This document shows positions 52,494 through 64,000 of a stretch of 64,000 bases of DNA, one piece after another. This stretch comes from Felis catus (Eukaryota): positions 26,538,001-26,602,000 of the forward strand of contig NC_058368.1 in assembly GCF_018350175.1 (NCBI RefSeq), in the 5' to 3' direction. Positions within the stretch are counted from its first letter, which is position 1. Each line of letters opens with the position of its first letter. Under the pieces are notes generated by a model. The model was not told the origin of the DNA. It saw only the letters and a program-made list of their open reading frames with translations, and made no database searches. The translations under genes and the position numbers were made by a program.

Positions 52494-53158
52494 AGTGGTC
52501 CCCAATATTCACTCTTAAGGACTGCCTCTTTACACTTTCTTCCTAATTCATCGTGTCTTCATAGATTTCTTTTTAATCTTCCCAAATATTACATTTATTA
52601 AGAAGTAACTAATTTGTTTCCCATTTTTAAATGGTCATCCAACCTCCATGACATCCAATCAGAGTCATGGGTAAGTATGAGACACAGTGTGTTACCAAAT
52701 TGAGTTGATAAAACATCATTCGAGAGAAAGGCCACACTGATGAGCCATATCATGGGGTGTATTGGTCAGATATACAACTTCAGCTGCTGTATCAGACAAA
52801 CTCCCAAATCTCAGTGGTTTAATGTATGTAGGTTTACTCTTGCTCAAGTGAGGTCCATTGTGGATTGGGAAGCCCTCCTCCATGCTGTAGAAAAGCCACT
52901 GAGAACACTTCTTCCAAGGTTCCTGGACATGGAGGAGGTACCCTATCTCAGCCTGGAAGTCACATTTTCACTTTTGTTCACAGTCCATTAGATAAAACTA
53001 GTCACATGCTACAACCTAACCCCAGGAGAGGGTAGAACACATGGGGGTGCACGCAGAATATTTGTTCATCATTAACTGTCTCTGCCACATAGCATAAATG
53101 TGCAATTTCTCTCCTGGTTTCTTGGACTTTAAGGCAGCATCCAGTTGAGAACCACTAC
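52494..53158. mobile_element. Probable hAT-Charlie element with an old MaLR LTR (~52760-53090, minus strand) nested inside
   Basis: Charlie-like ends 'cagtggtcccca' and 'gttgagaaccacta'; internal 'cccaaatctcagtggtttaa...agcctggaagtcaca...aactagtcacatg...ctctgccaca'. Confidence 0.55.
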
Positions 53159-55574
53159 TCTGGCAACGGACAGCAGAGGAATCATTTCTTTCTCAGAAAG
53201 ATCACATAGGTGGTGGTTTAGACACTGGACTGTAATGGGTAGACTGGTGGCAGGAAGACCAGTTAGGAGGCACTAGGTCCAAATGAAGGGGGATCAGGGC
53301 CTGGCCCAAAGCACTGGCAGTAGGATGGAGTAGGGGAATGGGTTCTAATAATAATCTGGGATAAAATCCTTAGGTGTTGGAGACCAGATGTAATGCCTGT
53401 GGGAGTCAGAGGTGTCAAAGTTGATTCTTGGGTTTCTAGGCTGGTTGAGTCAGAGACACTATGACAGCAACTGCATGAGTCAGAGCAGAAGCAGGGCCTC
53501 CTTTGAGGTTGCAGGTATAATGGTAGCCAGTCATCCTTCTTTTTCCTACTGATCTAGTCATTTGTCCTATCCCCTCCCCACCCAAGAAAACACCAGGCCT
53601 GAGTCACAGGCTGTGGGAACTCAGAAGACAAGGCACCAGAGTCAGGGCAGATCTAGCTAGAAGTTTCAGAATCCAACCCAGGGATCAAAAGCTTTGGTAC
53701 TAATCCAACCATGTTTGGGTAAGTGCTAGGCCAAACAGCACTTCAAACTACCACAACTGCCATCACTCAGTGCTCCTTCTCTTCTACTCACTTTCCTTCA
53801 TCAGGTTTTTCCCTCCTCGACTCTTTCCAGTTGTCCCTACAACCTTTCCAATTTGCACCAAGCATTACAGCAATCCCCTACTCACTTTGGGCATATTGTA
53901 ATCAAATCTATCTGTGCACTTCTTGTTCAGAAACCCTGTCTGTCCTGTCTCCCATTGGACAGCAACCCCATCCCTGGAGAGATCACACTTCCCCAACTGC
54001 TGTGAATTGAGTGGAGAGGGGTGAATCGCACCCCTTTTAATAGGGGGCTACACTCTTTAATAAAGTTGGTATGCTCTGGACATCAGAACCTTGGAACACA
54101 AAAACCAACTGTGTTCCCTTGTTTGAAGCATCAACCTCTTAGCAGAATCTGCTGTGATGTTGTTTTTTTGAACTTTATAAAGACAATTGAAAAAAATCAC
54201 TTGAGCAGAATTAAAACCACACTTAGAAATTAAGTGTTCAGTTTCCTCAAAGTTTATTCTATGTATTCAATACAATGAACTATGAAGAAATAAATTTTTC
54301 AGTGTCCTCAAATTATTCCATTTACTCAATACAATAAGCTATGAATGAGTAAATAGCCATTATCATGGGCTGCAGAAGAAAATGGGCTTGGGCATAAAAA
54401 AGATTTGATACCTGGGCTCTACTTCTGTGATGTACTACATGTTACAAGGCTTCACTGTCCTCATCGGCAAACTAGGGGGTGATAAGAGGCAAACAGCAGT
54501 GCAGTTTGAGGATTGGGCCCATAATAGGTAGAGAATCTAGTGCAGGCCTTGCTCAGTAGAGGGTAGCTGTACCATGGTTACTGCTTTGTTCCCTTCCTTA
54601 TGGAGTGTGGTGTTGCAATCTCAGATGTTTCTGCCTTCCTTCCTATCTAGGTCCTCTTGGTTTTTACCATCCTGATTTGTGTCATTCATCGATCCCCATC
54701 CATACCTCACATGAAACCTTGCCAGCTGCATCACTTCTTAGTCCTAGTATTAATTTTAAAGAGTCCTCAGCCTTTTGTTTGCTCAAAAGTGGAACCTAAA
54801 GGTACAGAGTCTGCATCAACTGCTTTTAGACGTACAGTCTGAGTTATTTATATTTCCATTTTCTGCTCTATGAGACTGTGCAAATACTGAAGGAGAGACT
54901 TGCTTCCAATTCTCCAAGATCTGCCTGGGAATACCGTCTTGTGGTAGAGGAAGCTGAGCCAGCAGATGCTCCTTCTGCCAGAAGTTCAATAAAGTCTCCC
55001 TGCCTTTCAGTGGGAAGAGGAATATTTTCAGCTTGCGATGATTACACTGCTCAGAAATAAGTTACTTCAGGATCTGACTTTTGTGTGACCATTTATTATC
55101 CATGCTAGCTGCAGAAGCTGGAGTTAAAAACTGGACAATTGTTTCCTTGCTGCTGATTTGCTCTTCAACCATTTCTCACCACTTACATGTGCGGTAGCAG
55201 CAATTATAAGGCTATGTGCACCGTGGGAAGTACTTTCTGACATGGCTGATACATTCTTGACATTGTTTAAGAGTTCAAAGCAGCTCCACATAACCTTTTG
55301 AGGAGAGAATTTGTAGGGTATAAACCCAAACAAACAAAAACATTCAATGACACACGTTTCCATCTGGGTCTGCAGACAGCGTCATGGCATCCCTAGGGTA
55401 TTTTAGTGCTTGAGTTGCCTTCTATCTCTTGCAAATGTTTGACCAGAGCATGGAAGTAACCAAGTAGAAGAAAAGAGAGAGCAAGTTACATCTTGGGAGA
55501 AATCGTACGGCCAGAGGGATGGCTAGGATTGTAAAAGAAGAACATATGGTAAAGGAAGTAAGGCGTGGGAAATG

Positions 55575-55947
55575 TGCTACCATGAGCTGAAATGGATCCC
55601 CTATATTCATATGTTGAAGTCCTAACCCCTAAGAAGGTAACTGCATTTGGGGATAGGGTCTTTAAAGAGGTAATGATGTCAAAATGACATCATTTAGATG
55701 GGCCTCCATCTAATACAACTGTACCCTTATAAAAGAGGTGGTTAAGACAGACACACACAGAAGGAAGATAATTGGAAGACACAAGAGGAAAGATGGACAT
55801 CTCCATGCTAAGGGGAGAGGCCTCAAAGAAACCAACTCTGCTGGCACCTTGATCTTGGACTTCTAGCCTCTACAACTATGAGAAAATGAATTGCTGTTGT
55901 TTTAGCCACCCAGTCCATGGTGTTTTGTACTACAGGAAACTGATAAA
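55575..55947 (+). mobile_element. MaLR solo LTR (MLT1A/B-like)
   Basis: 'attcatatgttgaagtcctaacccc', 'atagggtctttaaagaggtaat', 'ctgctggcaccttgatcttggacttctagcctc'. Confidence 0.9.
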
Positions 55948-56314
55948 AATGCCTTACTGGTATACAGCAGCAGGTGAGCATTTTCACAAATAAAGAAGTT
56001 TAGGAAAGCTGGGACAAATAATTATGTATCTCTAAAATATTGTGTGTAATTCTGTTGGTATTTTATATATATCTCAAGGCACCTTGTATCTCCTACTCCT
56101 GAAATGCTTGCTCAAGTTTAAATTGTTCAAGGTTTGGCAGTCCATATCACTCAAATCGTACTCAAACCCCCTTCTTTAGAGAGAAGAGACATTAGTTGGG
56201 TAATTCTCAAATTCTTCTCACCAGGTTTTTCTAAAATCAGATAAGAAAGAATGGATGCAGCAGTGAATTAGCCTGGAAAGGGAGTCCAAAGTAACCTGAC
56301 TCTTTGTAAAGTCA

Positions 56315-56600
56315 GGTTTATTGAGATCTGATTTACATAAAGTAAAATTAATCCTTTTAAACTGTACAGTTGGTTAAATTTTTACAAGTATATACAATCA
56401 TGTAACCATCATCACAATCAAGATATAGAACATTTCCGTCATCTCAAATTTCCTCATGTTCCTCTGTAATTTCCTTTCTTCACTCCCAGTCCTTGGAAAC
56501 CACTGATATGAATTTTAACCCTATAATTTTGCCTTTTTCAGAATGTCATATAAATGGATTCACATGATATGTAGCCTTTTATGTCTGGCTTCTTTCATGT
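56315..56600 (-). mobile_element. L1M 3'-end fragment
   Basis: 'ttttattgagat...catgtaaccatcatcacaatcaagatatagaacatttcc...gaatgtcatataaatgga'. Confidence 0.85.
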
Positions 56601-56721
56601 TTTTTGAAGTCTATTGTTTTGATTCTAAAATTTATTTGAATTTTATATGCGGTGCTGATGTAGATTTGTACATACATATATAAAATATAAATGATATATA
56701 TTCAATGATGGATATACCCCC

Positions 56722-56768
<47 letters not shown>
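56722..56768. repeat. (AT)6(TG)18 compound microsatellite
   Basis: Seen directly. Confidence 0.97.
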
Positions 56769-56772
<4 letters not shown>

Positions 56773-57140
56773 AAATGCTGAATAATATATCCATGTTTGT
56801 TTTAATATTGCTATACATTTGAACTTACTTACCCAGTTAGGTTATTAATGTGACCCAATAATAATTAGATAAAATTAATATCCCATTAGATAAAATTAAT
56901 TAAAAAAGATAAAATTGAGGCCCCATTTACTAATTTAGAAATATTACTACTAGTTACAAAGATGTTGGTTGCAAGACACATCCAAGAAAGTTCAAAGAGA
57001 TATCCATTGAATACTGAAAATATATGGAACAGGGAGCATTGAGCAATAGCCTTCTTACCTTTTATTAGAGACTGAGATCATAAATGCCTTCTTGGGTTTT
57101 AGAGACATCAAGGTTATATGTAAAATACATAGAAAGCATT

Positions 57141-57352
57141 AAAAAATTTTGTAATGTTTATTTTTGAGAGAGAGAGAGAGAGCGTGCGCAAGTGGGGGAG
57201 GAGCAGAGAGAGAAGAAGACACGGAATCCAAAGCAAGCTCCAGGGTCTGAGCTGTCAGCACAGAGCCTGATGTGGGGCTTGAGTCCATGAACCGTGAGAT
57301 CATGACCTGAGCAGAAGTCAACCCTTAACCAACTGAGCCATCCAGGTGCTCC
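57141..57352 (-). mobile_element. Carnivore SINE
   Basis: Reverse-complement SINE; perfect TSD tagaaagcatt (57130-57140 / 57353-57363). Confidence 0.95.
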
Positions 57353-58631
57353 TAGAAAGCATTTTTAAGAAGAAAAATATCCAAATAGGCCACATGATAA
57401 TCTCAGTGGTGATACATGATTATAACATGCTGAGGCTCTAAAGTTTACTACTATCTGGATAGCATCAGTGGTGGCTATGGGGTCTCTACTGTTTGAGCCA
57501 GTACCCACCAAAACACTTCCTCAAAACCAGAGGCTTTTAGTTGGTTGTTTCCCTGGGCCATAGCCTATCTGCAGGACAAGTTTAATATCTGTCTCTAGAT
57601 TGTTAATCAAAAAAAGTGGTTCTTTTCATGCAAGGTCCAGGTTTTGGATGAGGCCAGCAAATAGAAGGAGGAGAAGAGGCTCTCACTTGATCAGCTGGAT
57701 GGACAGTACACTTCCTGCTCTTCCCAGATTCTCCTTACAACGTGACTCCCACTCAAATGTGACCTCCTCTGTGCCCCCATCGTGATGCATTCCCTAACTC
57801 AGGCAGAATGAGTTACTCTCTCCTTGGACTTCTTATAACATTGTGCACATAGAATTATCACATTTTATGACAATTCTTTATGTGTATGTGTCCCCTGCTA
57901 TTCTTTAATGAACTTGAAGACACAAGGATTATGTCTTACCTCTCTCTGTTTCCCAAGATCCTAGCATGTAGCAATGCTCCATGAATATATGCTAAATTTA
58001 GTTGGTCCTTATAATACAGCATATACCACATATCACAGGCCCACCCCAAGAAGACTTTGGAGACTAAGAAATGGCCTGTGTGGATAAAAACTAGTCTCTA
58101 TTTTAATTTGTGTATCAGGCCTTGTATTTCCTGCCAGTCTGCCAAGCTTCTGACCCAGATTCTTTCTCTGAGCCTATTTTCCAGGTCCAAGTGCAAACAT
58201 AATTCCTGATCTGACCCAGATCCACTGCCTCTACTTGTTCCAGCTCACCAGGGCCTCCTGCTTTGGGCTCATCTATGAAACCTGATGTGTGGCCAAAATG
58301 ACCCTGGTGAAGAGCCAGGTGGGGCAAGCTGGCACTGCAAGGTCCCAGCGTGACATCTGGTTCTCCTTGCTGTCTGCAAGGCAACTGGGTGGGCAGAGCA
58401 GAATAAGCCTTCATGGGCTCAAGTGTCCGTGTGCTGCTCACAGTGAATCCTGAGGCAGGAAACAGGTGCAGATGTGGGCCAGAGTAGAGGCCAGGAAGGA
58501 GTGAATTTGTTGCTAGGTCCCTCTGGCTGTGAGGGACCATGAAAGAGGTATGGATGAGACTGGAACAAGTGTACAAGGAAAAGGAACAGGGATGGGTTCT
58601 ATTTAGACCCAGTTAGAACCCCATTACCCCT

Positions 58632-59098
58632 TACAGTGGGTTGACCAGTTGGGCCCAAAAGACATGTCTATGCAATAACCCCTGGTACCTATGAATGCAA
58701 AACTATTTGGAAAAAAGTGTCTTTGCAGACAGATATAATTAAGGATATCAAGAAAAAAAATTACAGAATTTAAGGTGAATCCTAAATCTAATGACAGATG
58801 TCCTTAGTGGGGAGAGGCAGAAGGAGATTTGGGACAGAGGCGTACAGAGGGAGAAGGTCATGTGAAAACGAAAGCAGAGATTGGATTTTTGCTGCCACAA
58901 GCCAAGGAAGGCTTGGAGTCAGAAGACACTGGAAGAGGCAAGGAAAGATTCTCCCATTGAGCTTTCAGAGGGAGTGTGGCCCCCTTGATACTGTGATTTC
59001 AGACTTCTGACTCCAGAGCTGTGAGAATATGAATTTCTGCTGTGTTAAGCCATCAGGTTTACTGTACTTTGTTATGGTTGTCCAAGAAAATTAATACA
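58632..59098 (+). mobile_element. MaLR solo LTR (MLT1C/D-like)
   Basis: 'cccaaaagacatgtc', 'gccacaagccaagga', 'ggaagaggcaaggaaagattctccc', end 'aaaattaataca'. Confidence 0.88.
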
Positions 59099-61260
59099 TT
59101 CCTCCTTTGCTTATAGATCAGAGAAATAAGTATGCATTGGAGTGTTTGGGTCCATAAAGGAGGCTTTCAGGGGACTAGTGAGACAAGCAAGGCACAAGGG
59201 AAGAGACTGGTTCAAAACCACACAGAAACAGCTCTTTTTCTCCCAATCATCAACAGAGACCAAAAGCATCCATAGGAAAAACGTTTCTGTTATGCAATGA
59301 AGTTCACCCTAAGAAAGTATCTTCCACTTATAGAAGAAGTAATAGTAATAGAAATAATAATAATAATTACTGAGATCATGCCTTATGTTAGGCACTGAAC
59401 TAACTGATCTACTTATATCCACTTTTCCAATGAGAAAATTGAGGCTTAGAATGATAAACCTTGACACAGTGTTTACAATATGCCAAGCCCTGTTCGAAGA
59501 GCTTTACAATGATTAACTAATTCAATCCTCATAATAACCTGTGAAAGAAGAATTATTTCCATTTTACAGATGAGAAAACTAAGGCACAGAGAGGTTATAT
59601 AGCATGTCTAATGTCCCACAGCAAGGAAGTGAAGGAAATGGGATTCATATCCAGCTGGGATTCAGATCTTTGTCCCAAAGATTCTTAAAGTTATCCCACA
59701 GTTCTAAGTTAAAAAAAGGGGGGGGGGTTGGATTGGAATGCATGTGTGTCTGACCCAAAATCCCATGTTTATTCCATAAGCTGCACTGCCTCTTAAAAAA
59801 ATGAGAGATGAAATCACTTTGTGAACAGCGGTTCTGCCCACATGACCAGTTATAGGCTCTGAGGTCTTCAGCCAAGAGGCCTGATTCCTCCCTATTGCTC
59901 ACACAATCTTGAGCAGAATAGCCAACATAGATAGAAGCTCAGACCCACCTCTGGGGAGAGACTGGCATTGGTTTTGTGGGACAATCTCTGGAAGGTTGCA
60001 AAAGAGCCCTTCCCCATTCCCTCCTGCATACTCTCCTGTCTGTGTTTACCCAGTTGTGTAACTGAGGTTTTTTATTGTTTCAACAAATATTATTAGGTGC
60101 CGGAGTAAAGGCTTAATCTCAGGCTGGAGACAGAGTAAAGGCTTAATCTCAGGCAACGCATGTATAGTCTCCAATTCAGAGTGATAGGTACCATCAAGGA
60201 AGGATAATATTAATAACAGCCACTCTTTTTAGAGTGCTTATTATGTGCCAGTCATTATATAATCCTCCTAACACATGCTGCTTTGGCTTAACACAGGAGG
60301 GTCACCTAACCTAGTCTTGAAAGGTCAAGGAAGGCTTCCTGGAAGAATCCTAAGGGATTAGTGGGAGTTAGCCAGATAAAGAAGGGAGCCAGAGAGAAAG
60401 GTCTTTCAGGCAGAAGCCTGAAGCTGAGAAAGCACATGGTAAATGTTGTAGAAAGGGAAAACAGCTTAATATAGCTGGGGGCAGAGCAGGAGCAGGAGCA
60501 GTAATAAATGTAGTAGGAAAAATATGTCAGCAAGTAAAGGTCATCTTGGCCTTTTAAGCCAGGATTAATGTTTATTAGTCCAGCCTGACCAGACTTTCCC
60601 CTATGGGCACCTGTCAGCTGGGACCCTTAACATCCTCCTCTTGCCATATTCCTTGCCCCTGTCTACTGCCTGGAGGCTTGGTTCCAGGTGGATGGACAAC
60701 CCAGAGCTATGGCCCTCCCATCCATCTGACTGCAGGTACCAGTACTGCCCAAAAGCTCTTTGGATATTGACATTGGCCTTACGGGCACTCAAGTTCACTG
60801 CCCCCTGTAGACACCTCCAAATTGATGGTTAGACACTATCAGCCCTGGAAAGCAGATCCATAGGAAAGTTATTCCTCTATCTCTGGCCCAGCGGCCCCTT
60901 CCTATTCACTTTCTGATGACCTAGATGGTCCGTGAATGCTTCAGGAAGATGTCTCCATATGCAGGTTAAGAAGAGATTCAAAACTATTGTTTAGTGAAGA
61001 CTACACAACGGATCAGTGGGAGGGGACCCCAGCCCCCTGACAGTTTTGGTCAAATGCAAGGGCTTTGGAGACATGTAGCCTGTGTCTGAACTCTGATTGT
61101 ACTGCTAAGCAGTAGCTGGGTGATCTTGGAGCCAATTACTCAGCTTTCCTAAGCCTCAGTTTCCCCAACTACAAAAGGGATTAAAAATTCTGTCCCTAAT
61201 AGGACAATAGTCAGAAGCTAGCACATAGCCAGGCATTTAGTAGACTCATATCATGACAAT

Positions 61261-61690
61261 TGTAGTGGATGTTGTGGAGCAACATCAGATTCCCCTTCAC
61301 ATCTAAGGCATTTATTCTCCTGGCTACCAATGGCTCCCTATGCCAAAGGATGCTTTCTTGCTCAAGGTCATGACACTTTTCTGGGGCAGCCCACATTCAA
61401 TGATAAGCTGATGTGGGAATACAAATTCTGGTACCCTTTACCCCAAAAGGGTCTTTAGAAAAGTCTCTTTCCATCTTCAAAGTTCCTCCTCAGGATCAGT
61501 TTGGGTCTTTGTTGCCACTGCAGGCAACAAAGGGGGGTGACTACTTTCATTGTCCCAGAAAAGGGCTGTTTCCATTTTTTTCCTTGCAAGGGGGCTCAAC
61601 TTCTTCCAATCCCATTTCAGGGGCTTTCCCACAGACGTTACTCCCTAGAGTAGTCCTGGGTAAATTTTCAGCATGAAAATCTCAGAGTCT
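61261..61690 (+). mobile_element. ERVL solo LTR (LTR16A-like) carrying a ~75-bp insertion
   Basis: 'tgtagtggatgttgtgg...cagattccccttca', 'caaggtcatg...ggggcagcccacattcaatga', 'ctttgttgccactgca'...'tcaacttct', 'aaatctcagagtct' follow the remembered LTR16A consensus. Confidence 0.8.
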
Positions 61691-62183
61691 TAGATGACTC
61701 AAGCTGTAATGATGAGGAGAAAGATGGTGTGGTGATTATACCTCACCACCTTTAAAGAACAAACCTGAACTCATACTGACAAGAATATTAAACAGCTAGC
61801 AAATTAACTGGCTAGCAATAATTTGAGAATTATTATTTATTCTCAAATAAGTTATTTTTTTGTTTATTTGATTTTCCTATTAGAAAGAAAACACACAAAC
61901 TCGAATTTCACAAGTATATATGATTTACAAAAGTGTGATCTTTCTTTAATAAGGACCCAGCTTCAGACTCCTTTCAGAAATTGGTTGTTCTCAGGAAAAT
62001 CACACATGAACCTTAGGCAATATTTATCTTTTATGTTAGAACTGCAAACCAAACAACAACTAATTCATGGATTCAGTTATAAGTGTTGTTATATATTTTC
62101 TCTCCACGACTAAATCATATATAGGTAAACTTTATTACTAGGCTTAGTAAGAGTATAGGATCATTTAGGCAAACCGATATTCT

Positions 62184-62411
62184 TTTTTTTTTTTAATTTT
62201 TTTAATGTTTATTTATTCTTGAGAGGGGGTGGGAGAGAGAGAGAGAGAGAGCAGGGAAGGGGCAGAGGAGAGAGAGACACTGAATCTGAAACAGGCTCCA
62301 GGCTCCATGCTGTCAGCACAGAGCCCCATGTAGGGCTTGAACTCACAAACCAGGAAAACACGACCTGAGCCGAAGTTGGACGCTTAACCGACTGAGACAC
62401 CCAGGCACCCC
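62184..62411 (-). mobile_element. Carnivore SINE
   Basis: Reverse-complement SINE; TSD ggcaaaccgatattct (62168-62183) / ggcaaaccagtattct (62414-62429). Confidence 0.95.
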
Positions 62412-63673
62412 TGGGCAAACCAGTATTCTGATAGAGCTGTTACATTTCCATACATGCTTTACCAATTTTTAATGAATTAGAAAACAATAAAACAATATTT
62501 AACACTAAAAGTGTGCTGCTCACAGTTTAATTTTATTTCTGATAATTCCAAAGATATCTGACATTTGAAAGGTTATCAGTGCATTATAAATGTTCAGAGA
62601 TAAGTTACTAGAGAATGACAGCCAATTTTAATCTGTAGATTATGATATACATGAATTCATATTTGCATACATTAATCTTGTTAAATATAAATATGAGGAC
62701 TATGAAAAAATCGGTAATTGGAGTATAGCTGTTCATGGGCAGGGAACTCATTTATTTGTGTGGAATTAGATAGATTTTAAATTAAGATAAAATTTACATA
62801 GGTGTACAGTTTGATGAACTCACCCATGTAACCAACAAACTGATCAAGATATACAAGGCGTCCAAAGCACGGATTATGTGGGAAAGTCTCTTGAATGTTT
62901 GGCTGTCCTTGACAGTGTGCTCAGCTTCCCAAGAGAGCTGGCCAGCTAATGGATCCTGGTGTCTGCTTCACTCTTCTTATCTCCATTACTTTCTGGCAAC
63001 TTCCATTGGCGTTCATGGCACCTTCTCTCTGCTGAACCTTATGGCACACAGTTGTCATCAGATTGGAGGTGACTTCTTTCATTTTCCCAGACAAGGGCTG
63101 TTTCCATTTTTTCCTTGAACACACATGGTGATCAGATTTCCCCACTCCTTCGAGGAGCTCTCCAAACCTTTGTTCGTGAATCTTTCCAGCATAGTCCTGA
63201 ATACTGAGTAGGGAGCAAGTCATATCCTTTGCTTTTACAGATGGAAACCTTGAAGCAAAGTGAAGTTAAATGGCTTCCTGACCAATGAGACTGGCACTAA
63301 CTCAGAATTATATGACCCAGCTTGGTGCCATGAGTTTGTTTTATCTCCTTCAGCAGGAAGGAGAGTATGGCGGAGTTCAGAAGGTGGTTATCTCTTTAAG
63401 CCTCTCAATTTTCTCACCTCTGTTTGAGAGGCTGTTCTATAGTTCAGGTGTGAGGAAAGAGCGGCCTGGAGAGAGATGAAGCAGTAGGAAGGGACAGAGA
63501 TATGGTATGAGAAGCCCTGGGTCTTGTTGATGTTCTTAGAGATCAGCAGCAAAGGAGAAAGAACCAAGAGTCAAAGGTGATCAAAAAGTAGTCACAATAG
63601 CAGTTCTTAACACTTCTGGCAGTTGTATATTCAACTTATAGTTATTAAGCTTATAGTTTATTTAGGCATTTTT

Positions 63674-63865
63674 TTAGTTTATTTATTTTGAAGAAAAGCA
63701 CAGAAGTGGGGGAGGGACAGAGAGAAAAAGAGACAGAATCCCAAGCACACTTTGTGCCATGAGTGCAGAGCCCGATGTGGGGTTTGAACTCAGGAACTGT
63801 GAGATCATGACCTGAGCTGGGATCAAGAGTCAAACGCCTAACGGATTAAGCCACCCAGGCGCCCC
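63674..63865 (-). mobile_element. Carnivore SINE
   Basis: Reverse-complement SINE; TSD taggcattttt (63663-63673) / tagacattttt (63866-63876). Confidence 0.95.
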
Positions 63866-64000
63866 TAGACATTTTTAATTAGACTCTTTCAGTATCAGAA
63901 AGATGCCTAAAAGATTTATAAAGAAGTCACTGAGTTTTCTTTTTTTCTTTTCTTTTTTTTAAAAGAAGTCATTGAATTTTCTAAGAAATCCCCCTTCCCC

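Noticed and set aside
60796..60812. CTCF-like motif cactgccccctgtagac (similar partial match at ~8530-8545)
   Set aside because: The core matches but several informative positions deviate; not supportable without a matrix score or ChIP data.
2663..63865. tRNA-like A/B-box sequences as tRNA genes
   Set aside because: They are the tRNA-derived heads of carnivore SINEs, with CT tracts, A tails and TSDs.
60103..63982. Short direct repeats with spacers as a CRISPR-like or recombination-site array
   Set aside because: Only isolated pairs with unrelated sequences in mammalian DNA; explained by TSDs and local duplications.
1..64000. All ORFs in the supplied six-frame track as protein-coding genes
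   Set aside because: All are 172 aa or shorter, many start at non-ATG codons, many overlap SINE/L1/L2/LTR sequence, and none resembles a protein family I recognise. No CDS or gene symbol is assigned.

Overview
Mammalian genomic DNA, almost certainly from a feliform carnivore (cat family or close relative): 13 tRNA-derived carnivore SINEs of the feline SINEC_Fc type are present, many with intact target-site duplications (TSDs). The window looks intergenic or deep-intronic. I recognise no protein-coding exon, RNA gene or pseudogene, and the supplied ORFs look like chance or repeat-derived frames. The rest is typical eutherian repeat archaeology (L1M, L2, MIR, MaLR/ERVL solo LTRs, hAT MITEs, microsatellites) plus a few repeat-poor blocks that may be regulatory. 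I found no new biological system. The best observations are small: (1) a ~75-bp insertion in an LTR16A-like LTR, built from a fold-back of its own flank plus a ~50-bp copy of sequence 1.5 kb downstream (templated-repair signature); (2) a TSD-flanked poly(A)-only insertion; (3) a SINE-in-SINE stack with both TSDs; (4) candidate non-coding exons near RFX X-box motifs; (5) a CpG-enriched repeat-free block at 6-7.4 kb. Repeat family names come from remembered consensus sequences and need RepeatMasker/Dfam confirmation; boundaries of old elements are approximate.
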